Positions 53,100 through 64,000 of a stretch of 64,000 nucleotides of DNA are shown here, piece after piece. Where the stretch lies: NCBI RefSeq assembly GCF_009914755.1, contig NC_060929.1; one strand, 5' to 3'. The notes below the pieces were generated by a model. It did no database searches, had not been told where the DNA came from, and saw only the letters and a program-made list of their open reading frames with translations. Numbering within the stretch: the first letter of the stretch is position 1; each line of letters begins with the position of its first letter. A program made the position numbers and the translations under genes. The stretch is from the human T2T-CHM13v2.0 reference genome, Homo sapiens.

Positions 53100-54330
53100 G
53101 TACATAACTAGTAAAATTCTTGCACCTGCAGAGTACTCGGTCACCACTGTCCCTGTCTCCATCACCCTTTCTGCTCATTGAGCAAACTCTACTGTTCTTT
53201 GCTCTCTTCCTCTTTCAGCTGGACTCCATGGTGTATTTAAAAACTCAGCCAGCTTTCCTCAAACACTGCCCCACCCCAATTCTTTTGTCAATTTTCTGGT
53301 CATTGCTAGTCCGGCAAAAAGTCCAAGCCTGGATCAATAAAGCTGTCTGCCTTCTCCATGTCTAAGTTCCAACAAAATAACTTCAGCTGCAAAAAGAGCA
53401 CAACTGGACAGGATGCTGTTCAGGAGAATCCACGCTGTGTGGAATCCAACATCAGCTGGTCCTCCTTCAGTGTTCCCCACAGCATTTCTTATTCCCTACC
53501 AACCTGTCCCTGTCATCTCCACCAGTCACTCCAGCCACTGAAGGGTGGCTTCCATGCAAGCCACTTTGCTGATAGTGCCCCCCGCAAGCCCCTTCTATCT
53601 GCTTGTCAGTGAAATTGTACTTCACCTCTCTTCTATAATTGAAATAATTTTCTGCTAGTTTCTATGACAACTCACACCCCTAATGTTCTCACAAACAATT
53701 CCTGCACCCCACACAATTCTTTCTGGGCTTCTCCACCTGTCTGATAACCATTGGCGACCTTCTCAAGGTTGCATCAGGACCTGTGCTAACTCTACACTCT
53801 GTCCCTTGACAATTCTCACCTTCTCACGGGCATCCCATCACTAACTGCTTTCCTAACGATACCTCCACATCCAGCCATGATCTTGCTCTAGAGTCCAAGC
53901 TTATGCATCTAATTGTGTATTTGCCTGTTTCCTTAGAAATCCAGGTTTCTGTCCTCACCACCTGGATAAAGTATAGTCATGTTCACGGACAGAGTCACGG
54001 ACAGACATAGACAAAGGAGCAGGCTTGCTTGGCTAAATCTTACTTAACTTTCAAGTTTTAGCCTAGATATTGCCTTCTATATATGTTAAATCTGGATTTA
54101 GTACATTTCTATTCTATTGCATCCTGAACTTTTATCATATCACTTAGCACATATAATTTCTTATATAATTTTCTGTCTCTCTGTCATCTGTAAACTGGCT
54201 CCATCAATGAGGGCAGAGAGAACAGTGACTTTTTTTTTTTTTTTTTTTACTATTATATTCCCAGCTTTATACAGTACACCCAGCAGGTGTTCATGCTACC
54301 AAGATAAACTGAACTCAATGGAATTTAATT
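53100..54330 (+). mobile_element. L2 relic (internal ORF2 pieces to 3' end)
   Basis: aaagtccaagcctggatcaa, ctgtctgccttctcc, ctgtaaactggctccatcaatgagggcag, cccagcaggtgttc. Confidence 0.6.
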
Positions 54331-55363
54331 CTGCCTGGGAATATGGGCCACCAGACCTAGGCTACTTGGTCCTGCCCTGTTAATAGCTATGTCTCAGCTG
54401 TCACTTTCTAGGAATGGTGATGCAGACATTTTCCTCAAAAGCCCCTTTCTCCAACCTTATCAACTCTTGCTAAGAGATGCCAAGTAAGCTACTGACCTAT
54501 CCATTCTTCAGGGAAGAGGAATCTACAGACCCACTTGGGTTCAGCTTTACACCTTGCTGCACTTGGAAAGTCCTCCCCAAAATTATTTTTCCCCCAAATT
54601 AATTTATATTTTTTAACATGCCATAATCTTTAATCTACCTGATGCCTGTTTTGCTATAAAGTTACATTTTTTTCCAATTAGTAAGTTATCTTAGCACTAT
54701 TTATTTAATTCTTTATTCTCTCATGATCTATAATTTCAACTCTGTAACTAGCAAAATCTTCTAGCACCATGGCAAAGAATATAGACCCTAGAGCCAGCTG
54801 CCTAGATCCAATTCCACCATGACACTCAATAGACTTTGAGCAGATCACTTAATCTCACTGGATTAATTTATAAGTAAAATGCTTAAAATGGTACTGATAG
54901 AGAGAAGATCTTTATGCGTTACTGTGTATTGTTACTGTAATCTGATTTCATATTTTATTTTCAGCTCCATTTACTTTATTGTTGAACTTGTGCCACATTA
55001 ATTGCTGTAGATGGATAACACATTTTTGCGTCTAAGAGAATATTAATTCCCATCCCTTTCAGAAAAAAACTACTTTTATATTCTTATGTAATTATTCCTA
55101 TAGTAAAATTCTTTGTCCTCCAAATATTAATTTAAAAAGTCAACTACCACTTCTGTATTTATTTTTATGGGTCAAAGCATTGTATTAACAGCTTTATTTA
55201 CATAGGTAATCAAATTTACTCATATGAGATATGCTTTATTATTACATTTGCTTTATGAATTAGGAGAATAAAGGTTGCAAACATTAAGTAACCCAGGTTG
55301 TCTAAGTCCAAAATTTGTACCCTATATAACTGTAACATACCACTTTCATTAAAGAAACAAACT

Positions 55364-55671
55364 TATTTTGTTATTTTTATTTTTATTTTTTTAAGACAGA
55401 GTCTCGCTCTGTCACCCAGGCTGGAGTGCAGTGGTGTTATCTTGGATCACTGCAACCTTTGCCTCCCAAGTTAAAGTGATTCTCCTGCCTCAGCCTCCAG
55501 AGTAGCTGGGATTACAGGTGTGCACCACCACACTCAGCTAATTTTGCATTTTTAGTAGAGATGGGGTTTCACCATGTTGGCCAGGCTGGTCTCAAACAAC
55601 TGACCTCGTGATCCACCTGCCTCAGCCTCCCAAAGTGCAGAGATTACAGGCGTGAGCCACTGCACCTGGCC
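55364..55671 (-). mobile_element. AluS (Sg/Sc-like)
   Basis: Antisense dimer with tgacctcgtgatcc; TSD taaagaaacaaact. Confidence 0.96.
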
Positions 55672-55854
55672 ATAAAGAAACAAACTCTTGATGAGATTGG
55701 GATAGGATTTGGGTTAAACACAGACAAATTTGGGGGGAACTGACACTGTTGAATACTGTCTTCTTGTTCAATATTGCGGTTACTGTTTTATCCAATCATT
55801 TATGCTCTTCATTAAGGTTTTATATTATTAATATAGCTAAGGTTTACAGTTTTT

Positions 55855-56098
55855 ACTGTATTGTAGGCACTATCAGAATGCTTTACAACAATTAATTCTT
55901 CTAAGTCTCACGATGACCATATGACTTTGGCATTATTATTATTTTTATAATTATTATAATCATTTCACAGAAAACCAAGACACAGAGAGGTCCCTTTAAA
56001 TTAAATGACTGAATGACTTAATATCACCTAGCCAGTGAGTGACAAAACTAGTATTTTTGTTATACACTCTTGGTTCCAGAACCCATGACTTTAGTCAG
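55855..56098 (-). mobile_element. MIR
   Basis: aggcactat..atgctttaca..catttcacagaaaaccaagacacagagagg..ccagaacccatg. Confidence 0.7.
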
Positions 56099-58507
56099 TG
56101 ATATGATTTGAATTTGTGTCCCCACCCAAATCTCTTGTTGAATTGTAATCCCCAATGTTGGAGGAGGGGCCTGGTGGAACATGATTGGATCGTGGGGGTG
56201 ATTTCCCCCTTGCAGTTTTCATGATAGTGAGTAAAATCCCATGAGATCTGGTTGTTTAAAAGTGTGCAACCCCTCCTCCTTCACTCTCTCTTCCTACTGC
56301 TCCAGCCACAGAAGACATGCCTGCTTCACCTTCACCTTCAGCCATGATAGTGAGTTTCCTGAGGTCTCTGCAACCATGCTTCCTGTACAGCCTGCAGAAC
56401 TGTGAGTCCTTTAAACTTCTTTTCTTTATACATTACACAATCTCAGTAGTCCTTTATAGCAATGCAAGAATGGACTAATACAGAAAATTGGTACTGAGAA
56501 GTGGGGCATTGCTATAAAGAAACTTGAAAATGTGGAAGTGACTTTGGAACTGGATAATGGGCAGAGGTTGGACTAGTTTGAAGGGGTCAGAAGGAGACAG
56601 GAAGATGTGGTAAAGTGTTGAACTTTCTAGAGATTTGTTATATTGTTGTGACCAAAATGATGATAGTGATATGGACAATGAAGTTCAGGCTGAGGTGGTC
56701 TCAGATGAAGATGAGGAACTTACTGGGAACTGAAGTGAAAGTCACTCTTGCTATGCTTTAGCAAAGAGACTGGTGGCACTGTGTTTCTGCCCTAAAGAGC
56801 TGCAGAACTTTGAACTTGGGAGTGATGATTTAAGGTATCTGGTGGAAGAAATTCCTAAGCAGCAAAGTGTCCAAGGTGTGGCCTGGCTGCTTCTATCAGC
56901 ATATGGTTATATGCATGAGCAAATAGATGATCTGAAACTGGAACTTATATTTAATAGGAGAGCAGAGTAAAAAAGTTCAGAAAACTTGCAGCCTAACCAT
57001 GTGGTAGAAAAGAAAAACCCATTTTCTGGGGAGAAATTCAAGCCAGCTGCAGAAATTTGCATAAGTAAAGAGAAGCCAAATGTTAATAGCCAAAACAATG
57101 GGGAAAATACCTTGAAGGCATTTCACAGAACTTTGCAGTAGCCCATCCCATTACAGGCCTGGAGGCATAGGCAGGAATAATGGTTTTAAGGCAGGCCCAG
57201 GGCCCCACCACTCTGTGCGACCTCAGGACACTGCTCCCTGTGTCCCAGCCACTCCAGCTCTAGCCATGGCTAAAAGGGTCCCAGATACATCTCAGGCTGC
57301 TGCTCCAGAGGTTGCAAAACAGAAGCCATGGCAGTTTCCACATGGTATGAAGCCTGCAGGTGCAGAGAGGACAAGAATTGAGGCTTTGGAGCCTCTGTAT
57401 AGATTTCAGAAGATGTATGAAAATGCCTGGATATGCAGGCAAAAGTCTGCTGCAGGCGCACAGCCATCATAGAGAACTTCTACTAGGGGAGTGTGGAGGG
57501 GAAATGTGAGGTTGGATCCCCCAGACAGAGTCCCCACTGGGGCACTGCTTAGTGGAGCTGTGAGATAAGGGCTACCACCTTTCAGAACCAGAATGGTAGA
57601 TCCACTGACAGCTTGCACTGTATGCCTTGAAAAGCCATAGGCATGTGGCCCATGAAAGCAGCCACAGAAGCTGTAACCTGCAAAGCCACAGGGGTGGAGA
57701 TGCCCAAGGCATTAGGAGCCCAGCCCTTGTATCACCATGGCCTGGATGTGAGCAATGGAGTCAAAGCAGATTATTTTGGAGCTTTAAGATTAAATGACTG
57801 ACCTGCTGGGTTTCAGACTTGCATGAGGCCTGTAGCCTCTTTGTTTTGGCTGATTTCTCCCTTTTGGAATAGGGGTCTTTACCCAATGCCTGTTCCCCCA
57901 TTGTTATCTTGGAAGTCAATAATTTGTTTTTATTTTATTTATTTTTTTTATTTTACAGGCTCAAAGGTAGAAGGGTCTTGACTAGTCTCAGATGCGACTT
58001 TGGACCGTGAACTTCTGAGTTAATGCTTAAATGAGTTCAGACTTGGGGGACTGTTGAGAAGGGATGATTGTATTTTGCAATGTGAGAAGGACATGAGATT
58101 TGGGAGGGGCCAGGGGCAGAATGATATAGCTTGGATTTATGTCCCTGCACAAATCTTATGTCAAATTGTAATCCCCAATGTTGGAGGTGGGTCTTGGTTG
58201 GGGGTAACTGGATCTTGGAGATGGACTTCCCCCGTGCTATTTTTGTGATAGTGAGTGAGTTATCACGAGATCTGGTTGTTTAAAAGCGTGTAGCACCTCC
58301 CCGTTTGCTTTCTTCCTCCTCCTACGGCCACGTAAGACACACCTGCTTCCCTTTTGCCTTCTGTCATAATTATAAGTTTCATGAGGCCTCCCCAGCCATA
58401 CTTCTTGTACAGCCTGCAGAAGTGTGAATCAATTAAACCTCTTTTTGTTATATAAATAACTCAGTCTCAGGTGGTTCTTTAGAGCAATGTAAGAATGGAC
58501 TAATACA
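56099..58507 (+). mobile_element. Full-length MSTA MaLR element: 5' LTR 56099-56482, internal 56483-58121, 3' LTR 58122-58507
   Basis: Two tgatat...ctaataca LTRs; MST-int start gaaaattggtac; purine tract gggaggggccaggggcagaa; perfect TSD GTCAG. Confidence 0.95.
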
Positions 58508-58689
58508 GTCAGTGAGCTTTCAGACTGACTCTCAAATAATTTATAAATTTCCAGCTATTTATATTGTATTGACATTTGTGAATGGCACCTTTTCTCACTA
58601 TATTGTTATTGCTAGTCTATAGGAAAGCATTGTTTCTTTATTTTCCTTTTTAAATTTTATTTTCAAGATGTAGAGCAAAAATTTATGTT

Positions 58690-59125
58690 ACTGGGTTTTT
58701 GATTGTTCTGATACACAGACATTGTGAAGTAATCACCACAATTAAGCTAATTAACATATCCATTACTTCATGTATGAAGTTGTGTGTGTGATGGGAAGAC
58801 TTATGACCTACTCTTTCAGCAAGTTTCAAATATACATTATTAACTATGGTTACCATGCTGTACATTTAATCTCAAGAATTTGTTAATCTTATAAATGAAA
58901 GTTTTTACTCTTTGACCTATATCTTCCCATTGCCCCCACACTCAAACCCATAGCAATCATCTTTCTACTCTTTTTCTAAGGGTCCAATTTCTTTAAATTA
59001 CACATATAAAAGAGATCATGCAGCATTTTTCTTTCTGTGTCTAGCTTATTTTACTTGGCATAATGTCCTCCATCTATGTTTTTGCAGATGGCAGAATTTC
59101 CTTCTTTTTTAAGGCTGAACAAAAT

Positions 59126-59159
<34 letters not shown>

Positions 59160-61015
59160 CCTACAATTTCTTTATCCATTCATCCACTGACAGACATTTA
59201 GGTTGTTTCCATATCTTGACTATTATTAACAATGCCACAAGGAATATGGGAATGCAGATATCTCTTTGGCATACTGATTTTAATTCCTTTTTTAATAGTC
59301 CCACATATACCCATTATAGTGCGATTGCTGTGTGGTAGTTCTGTTTTTCGTTTTTTGAGAAAATGCCATGCCCTAATGTCTCTACCAATTTTCAGTCTCA
59401 TGATGAGGGTTCTCTTTTCTCCTCACCTCAGTAACACTTGTTATCATTTGGCTTTTTTATAACAGCAATACTAACAGATGTGAGGTGGTATCTCATCATG
59501 GTTTTGATTTGCAGTTCCCTGATGATTAGTGTTATTTAGCCCTTTTTATATACCTGTTGGTCATTTGTATGTCTTCCTTGGAAAAATATCTATGCAGTTA
59601 CTTTGGTCATTTTTAAATTGGGTTATGTGTGTTTTTTGTAAATATTGAATTATATGAGCTCTGTTATATATTTTGGATATTAGCCTTCTAGCAGATACAT
59701 GGTGTGCAATTATTTTCTCTCATTCCATAGGTTGCCTTTTCATTTTGTTGTTTCTTATGCTGTGTCAAAACTTTTTAGTTTGATGTAGGCTTGTTTGGTT
59801 TTTTTTTTTCCCTTTTGGTTGCCTGTGATTTGGGAGTCATATTCACAAAATCACTGCCAAGATCAATGTTAAGGAGCTTTTTTGTTATGTGTTCTTCCAG
59901 AATTGTTACATTTTCAGGGCTCACATTTAATTCTTATTCCATTTTAAGTTGATTTTTATGTATGGTTTAAGATTAAGGGTTCAATTTCATTATTTTGCAT
60001 GTGGATATCCAATTTTCCCAACACCATTTATTGATGACTGTCCTTTTCCCTTTGTTTGGTCTTGATGCCTTTGTCAAAGACTAGTTGACCGTATGTAGGT
60101 GAGTTTATTTCTGGGATCTCTATTCTGTTCCATTAGTCTTTGTGTCTGTTTTTATGCCAGTACCATATTATTTTAATTATTATCATAGCTCTTCAGTACA
60201 CTTAAAAATCAGGTAGTATGATGCCTCCAGCTTTGTTCTTTTGCTCAAGATTGCTTTGCTCTTCCTGGTACCATAAAATTTTAGAATTATTTTTCTATTT
60301 CTGTAAAGAATGTCATTGGGATTTTGGTGCAGATTACAGTCATTCAACCTGTAGATCACTTTGGGTAGTGTGGACATTTTAACAATACTAATTATTCCAA
60401 TCCATGAGCATGGGTTATCTCTCAATTTGTGTCATCTTCAATGTCTTTCATCAATGTTTTATACTTCTCAGAGTATAGATCTTTCTCCTCTTTAAATTTA
60501 TTCATAAGCATTTTTATTTTTTTTGATGTTATTGTAAATGAGATTTTTAAAAGATTTTCATTAAAGAAACTCACTGTTAATTCAATATTAGTGTATAGAA
60601 ACATGAGTGATTTTTGTATGCTGATTTTGTAGCCTACAACTTCACTGAATGCATTAGTTCTAACTGTTCTTTTGGTGGCATTTTTTGGTGGCGTCTTTAG
60701 GGTTTTTTTTTTTTACATACAGGACCATGTCATCTACAAATTTCACTTCTTCCTTTCCAATATGGATGTCTTTTGTTTCCTTCTCTTGACTAATTGCTCT
60801 GGCTAGGACTTCTAGCCCTCTATGCTGAATAGAAGTGGTAAGAATGGGCATCCTTGTCTTGTGTCTGATTTTAGAGGAAAAGCTTTTAGCTTAGTTCCAT
60901 CCACTGTCAAGGATGATGTTAGTTGCAGCCTTGTCATATATGGCCTTTATTATGATTAGGTACATTTCTCTACCTAATTGGTTGGGAGTTTTTAATCATG
61001 AAAAGATGTTTCATG
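58690..61015 (-). mobile_element. L1MA (MA9-like) 3'UTR and ORF2 3' part
   Basis: aagctaattaacatatcc 3' end; ORF fragments PCSWIG..IVKMSTLPKVIYR and [22 protein letters not shown] are L1 ORF2. Confidence 0.93.
59128..59157. repeat. (GT)15 microsatellite
   Basis: Visible directly in the sequence. Confidence 0.97.
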
Positions 61016-62817
61016 GTGAGACAGATAAAAAATTGTCAACGGTGGGGAGCACTGGTTTATGTATATTATCTTGCTGCCCTGTTGGAAGATTATTAATTCT
61101 AATCGTTTATCAGTCAGTTATACTGGGTTAAATAAATCATTTAGTTTTTCAACATTCAAAATTTATCATTTTATATTGTTTTAAAGAATGTTTTGATTAG
61201 CACTTACTGAACAATTTTAAATAGATTTAGCACTAAATACAGTTGTCCATACTGAACCTTAGTGGGAATGCCTCTAGTTTTTCACATGTAAGAGAGACTT
61301 AACTATTTTTTTTTTTAGGCAGATAATATTTAACCTGTTAAGGAAACATTGGGGATTAAGGTTCTTATATTAAGTCAGTTACTATTATTTCCTGGATCTT
61401 TCATTATTTAAGGTGCAACCACCACCCCCATTCTGCAAAACACAGCCATATATTTCGTCAAGACAGCATTACATCAACCAGTAGGACTCTGCTCTCCACA
61501 ACATGGATATCTCACAATTGGCATTCGTAAAGTAAAAGAACAGGATTGAAAAGAAACTCATTATTCTTATTCTTGTCATGATCAATCCTTCCAAGTTTAC
61601 TTAAGATCATTCCAGAATAAATTATATTAATAGATAATTTTTAAGGAAGAAGTCCATACATTGTTCAGCTCAAGGTCATGTGTTTTTAGCTGAAATAAAA
61701 CACAATACAAATGGCAAAAAGCTTTGCTTATATTGATTGATTATTTTCATTCAGAGCGTAGGAATCAAATAAGATCAATCCATATGTACTAGAAGCAACC
61801 CTAAGAAGCTTTCATACATTTCATGTATGGTTACCCAGGAAGTAAACATCACACACACTGTGGTTTCAGTAATTGAAATGGCTGCTAATGTGGCTCCAGG
61901 TTTCCCAAGTTGCTACTTTTTTTTTCTTTCAATGATGACACACACTCATTTGGTTTCTAATACGGGACGTACTGAGTCAGCGATCTTTGACTTATTTCCA
62001 TAATGGTGTCATAAATGTTGCACCTGCAGCAGATTATTCTTTGATTCAGTAAAAAAAAAAATTATTTTAGTTTTAAAGTAGCTCTGAATATTTCCATTCC
62101 AAATCTGTTTCAGGATTTTAGAATTCAGACATGGTTACATAAAAAGAGAACCATAAATTGGCATGAGACTATAAATTACAGTCAAAGAAGACCCACGTTT
62201 CAAGCAAGATGAATCTGGATTTTTAAAATTTTTATGCATGCTTTTTCAGTTTTAATTCATATATACGTTACCTAGAAATACAATCAATAAGTGGTTTTAT
62301 GTCTCTCCTCTTTAATTCTGTGTGAAATGTTACCCTTTGCAATGGTCTTGTTAAACACTCTAGAAAAAAAGAGCAGTCTAAGCTGACTTTATAAAACCTC
62401 TACCTTTGTTCAGCCCAACCCTATACCATCCCTGCTTCTATACCCCTGCTGAACACTCCCAGAAAAAAAAAAAAATATACTAATGTGAACCAGAGTCACT
62501 ATGCAACCTCATTTTTGCCCTCAGTGTATTAGGTAAAGGTTCTTTGTTTTCCAGATTCTCTCTGTCAGTCACGGCACAAGTTATTCCAAACACACATTGC
62601 ACTGTTACCACCAATGACCCCACCACCCACCAATTTCAAAAGATAACTCATGCTCCTACTGATCCACGAACAGTGGAAACTCATTGACAGGAAAGTCTTC
62701 ACCCTCTCTCTTATCGCAGGTGAGTGTTAATGCAGAGCCACAAAAGATGCACAACTACCAGCTTTGTAACTATGCAAGCTCCGTAACAGTGAGGAAAGGA
62801 AGTCAATGATAAAACAG

Positions 62818-63616
62818 TCCATCCCAAAAATTCTGAGATGCACATTTCTTCAATTTTAATGGTTCTGAAATCAGTATAAAGAAGACAGGCAGTGTCTTCT
62901 TACAATCACTTTCGGCCAGATGGTGGCCATGGCAGAATTCTCAAACCTAGCACAGGTGAGAACTTGGCCCTCTGCGTATCATTCAACAAACGCTCTAAGG
63001 GCTTTGAGTTAGGAATATCAGTTAGGGCTGTTGTCTGAAAACATTCCAGTGACATATTCTGATGAGACCAAGAAAATAAAACTTGAAGAATGTGTCTCAA
63101 CAGCTTGTAAGTCAAGCACAGAAGGCAATCGTGAAACACTTCTTAAAAATGTCCTGCAGCCTCACCACTTTTCATGTCACAGAGGGTGGCAGTGTGGGGA
63201 AAATGAAGACACTGATGGCTCAGCATCAAAAGTGATTCAGAAGAGAAAGACAGTGGAATATTTTTTGGGAATTCTCAGTCACCTTACTGAACTCGTATTT
63301 TCATTTTTTAAAGAATGTGCAACAATAATATAATCATACATGATAAAAATTTATATCTAGATAAGTCTAAACCAGCTTTTCCAAAAGGTATAAAATAAAC
63401 ACGTGAAGTAATAAAAAAGCATTGTGTCCTACTTTTCATGCTAACATCTTTGTATTTAGCTATCTCTCTCTCTGTTTCCTTCCTTCTTCTTTCTCTCTCC
63501 TGTTTCTCTCTCCTTCCTGCCTTCATTTCTTCCTCCCTTCATTCTTTTCTTCCTTTCTTAGTACATAAAATAACCGTATGTATTAAATTCAAAGTGTCTC
63601 AGGTTTTATGAGTTGG
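62818..63616 (+). mobile_element. Kanga1/MER104-family (TcMar-Tc2) DNA transposon relic
   Basis: attctgagatgcacattt..ctgaaatc left end; aaaagtgattcagaagag transposase tail; aaagcattgtgtc and cctttcttagtacataaaataa right end. Confidence 0.7.
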
Positions 63617-63831
63617 CAAAGATTTAAATAGTGCTAGTTAATTCTGACCATTAGTCAAACAATTAGTGACAATCACACTAAAGACTGACAATACAAATTG
63701 CAATTTTTCAGATTAGTATGCTATTTAAGAAGTACATTTTGAATAACTTCAATGGGCACATCAATCAAAATAATTTTTAAAAATCATTTTGATAAACCTA
63801 TTGTGCATAAAACTCAAATACCTTTAAACTT

Positions 63832-63932
63832 AACCCCAAGTCTCAGTATCACACAATATATGCATGTAACAAAGTTGTACATGTACCCCCGAAATTAGAA
63901 GTTGAAATTATAAAAAGGAGAAAAAGAAAAAA
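63832..63932 (+). mobile_element. L1PB-type extreme 3' end
   Basis: accccaagtctcagtatcacacaatat..catgtaacaaa..catgtacccc..aagttgaaatt plus A-rich tail. Confidence 0.8.
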
Positions 63933-64000
63933 CGTAAACAATGCTTCATATTTTGAATGATACAAAAACCTAAGCTGCTTCTTAACTTTATGACTTTTGT

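Larger units (their letters stand above)
54600..61330 (-). mobile_element. Ancient L1ME ORF2 relic split by younger insertions (pieces ~54600-55140, 55690-55830, 58540-58640, 61100-61330)
   Basis: Collinear antisense L1 motifs: aatttggggggaactgaca; attgctagtctataggaaagc; gtgggaatgcctctagttttt. Confidence 0.55.

Noticed and set aside
53983-54005. tcacggacaga direct repeat
   Set aside because: Ordinary short slippage duplication in decayed repeat sequence
56475-58248. Several 60-85 aa ORFs
   Set aside because: Decayed MSTA internal and LTR sequence
60183-60851. Reverse-transcriptase-like peptides
   Set aside because: Frameshifted fragments of L1MA ORF2, not a functional RT or retron

Overview
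AT-rich, repeat-dense primate (human-like) nuclear DNA that looks like the inside of a long intron or an intergenic interval. I cannot recognise any protein-coding exon, RNA gene, CRISPR array or prokaryotic system. The six-frame ORFs I can explain come from Alu, L1, L2, LTR and simple-repeat sequence. The window holds 11 Alus plus one free Alu monomer, many MIR and L2 relics, L1s of several ages, and DNA-transposon fossils (2x MADE1, MER46C, MER1A, MER20, MER5A, Kanga/Tc2). The LTR elements are MSTA, THE1B, THE1C, MLT1E, MLT1B/C, MER74A and one complete two-LTR MSTA element. Repeat subfamily names come from recalled consensus sequences, not a database search. The best observation is a chimeric insertion at 29296-30161: a complete THE1B LTR, an L1 endonuclease fragment and a second MaLR LTR tail all sit inside one 5-bp target-site duplication. 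Other leads are a locally triplicated L2-derived module, a MADE1 with an internal insertion, candidate cryptic exons and recursive-splice motifs, a CTCF motif and a TEAD/AP-1/E-box cluster. I found no evidence of a new multi-gene system.
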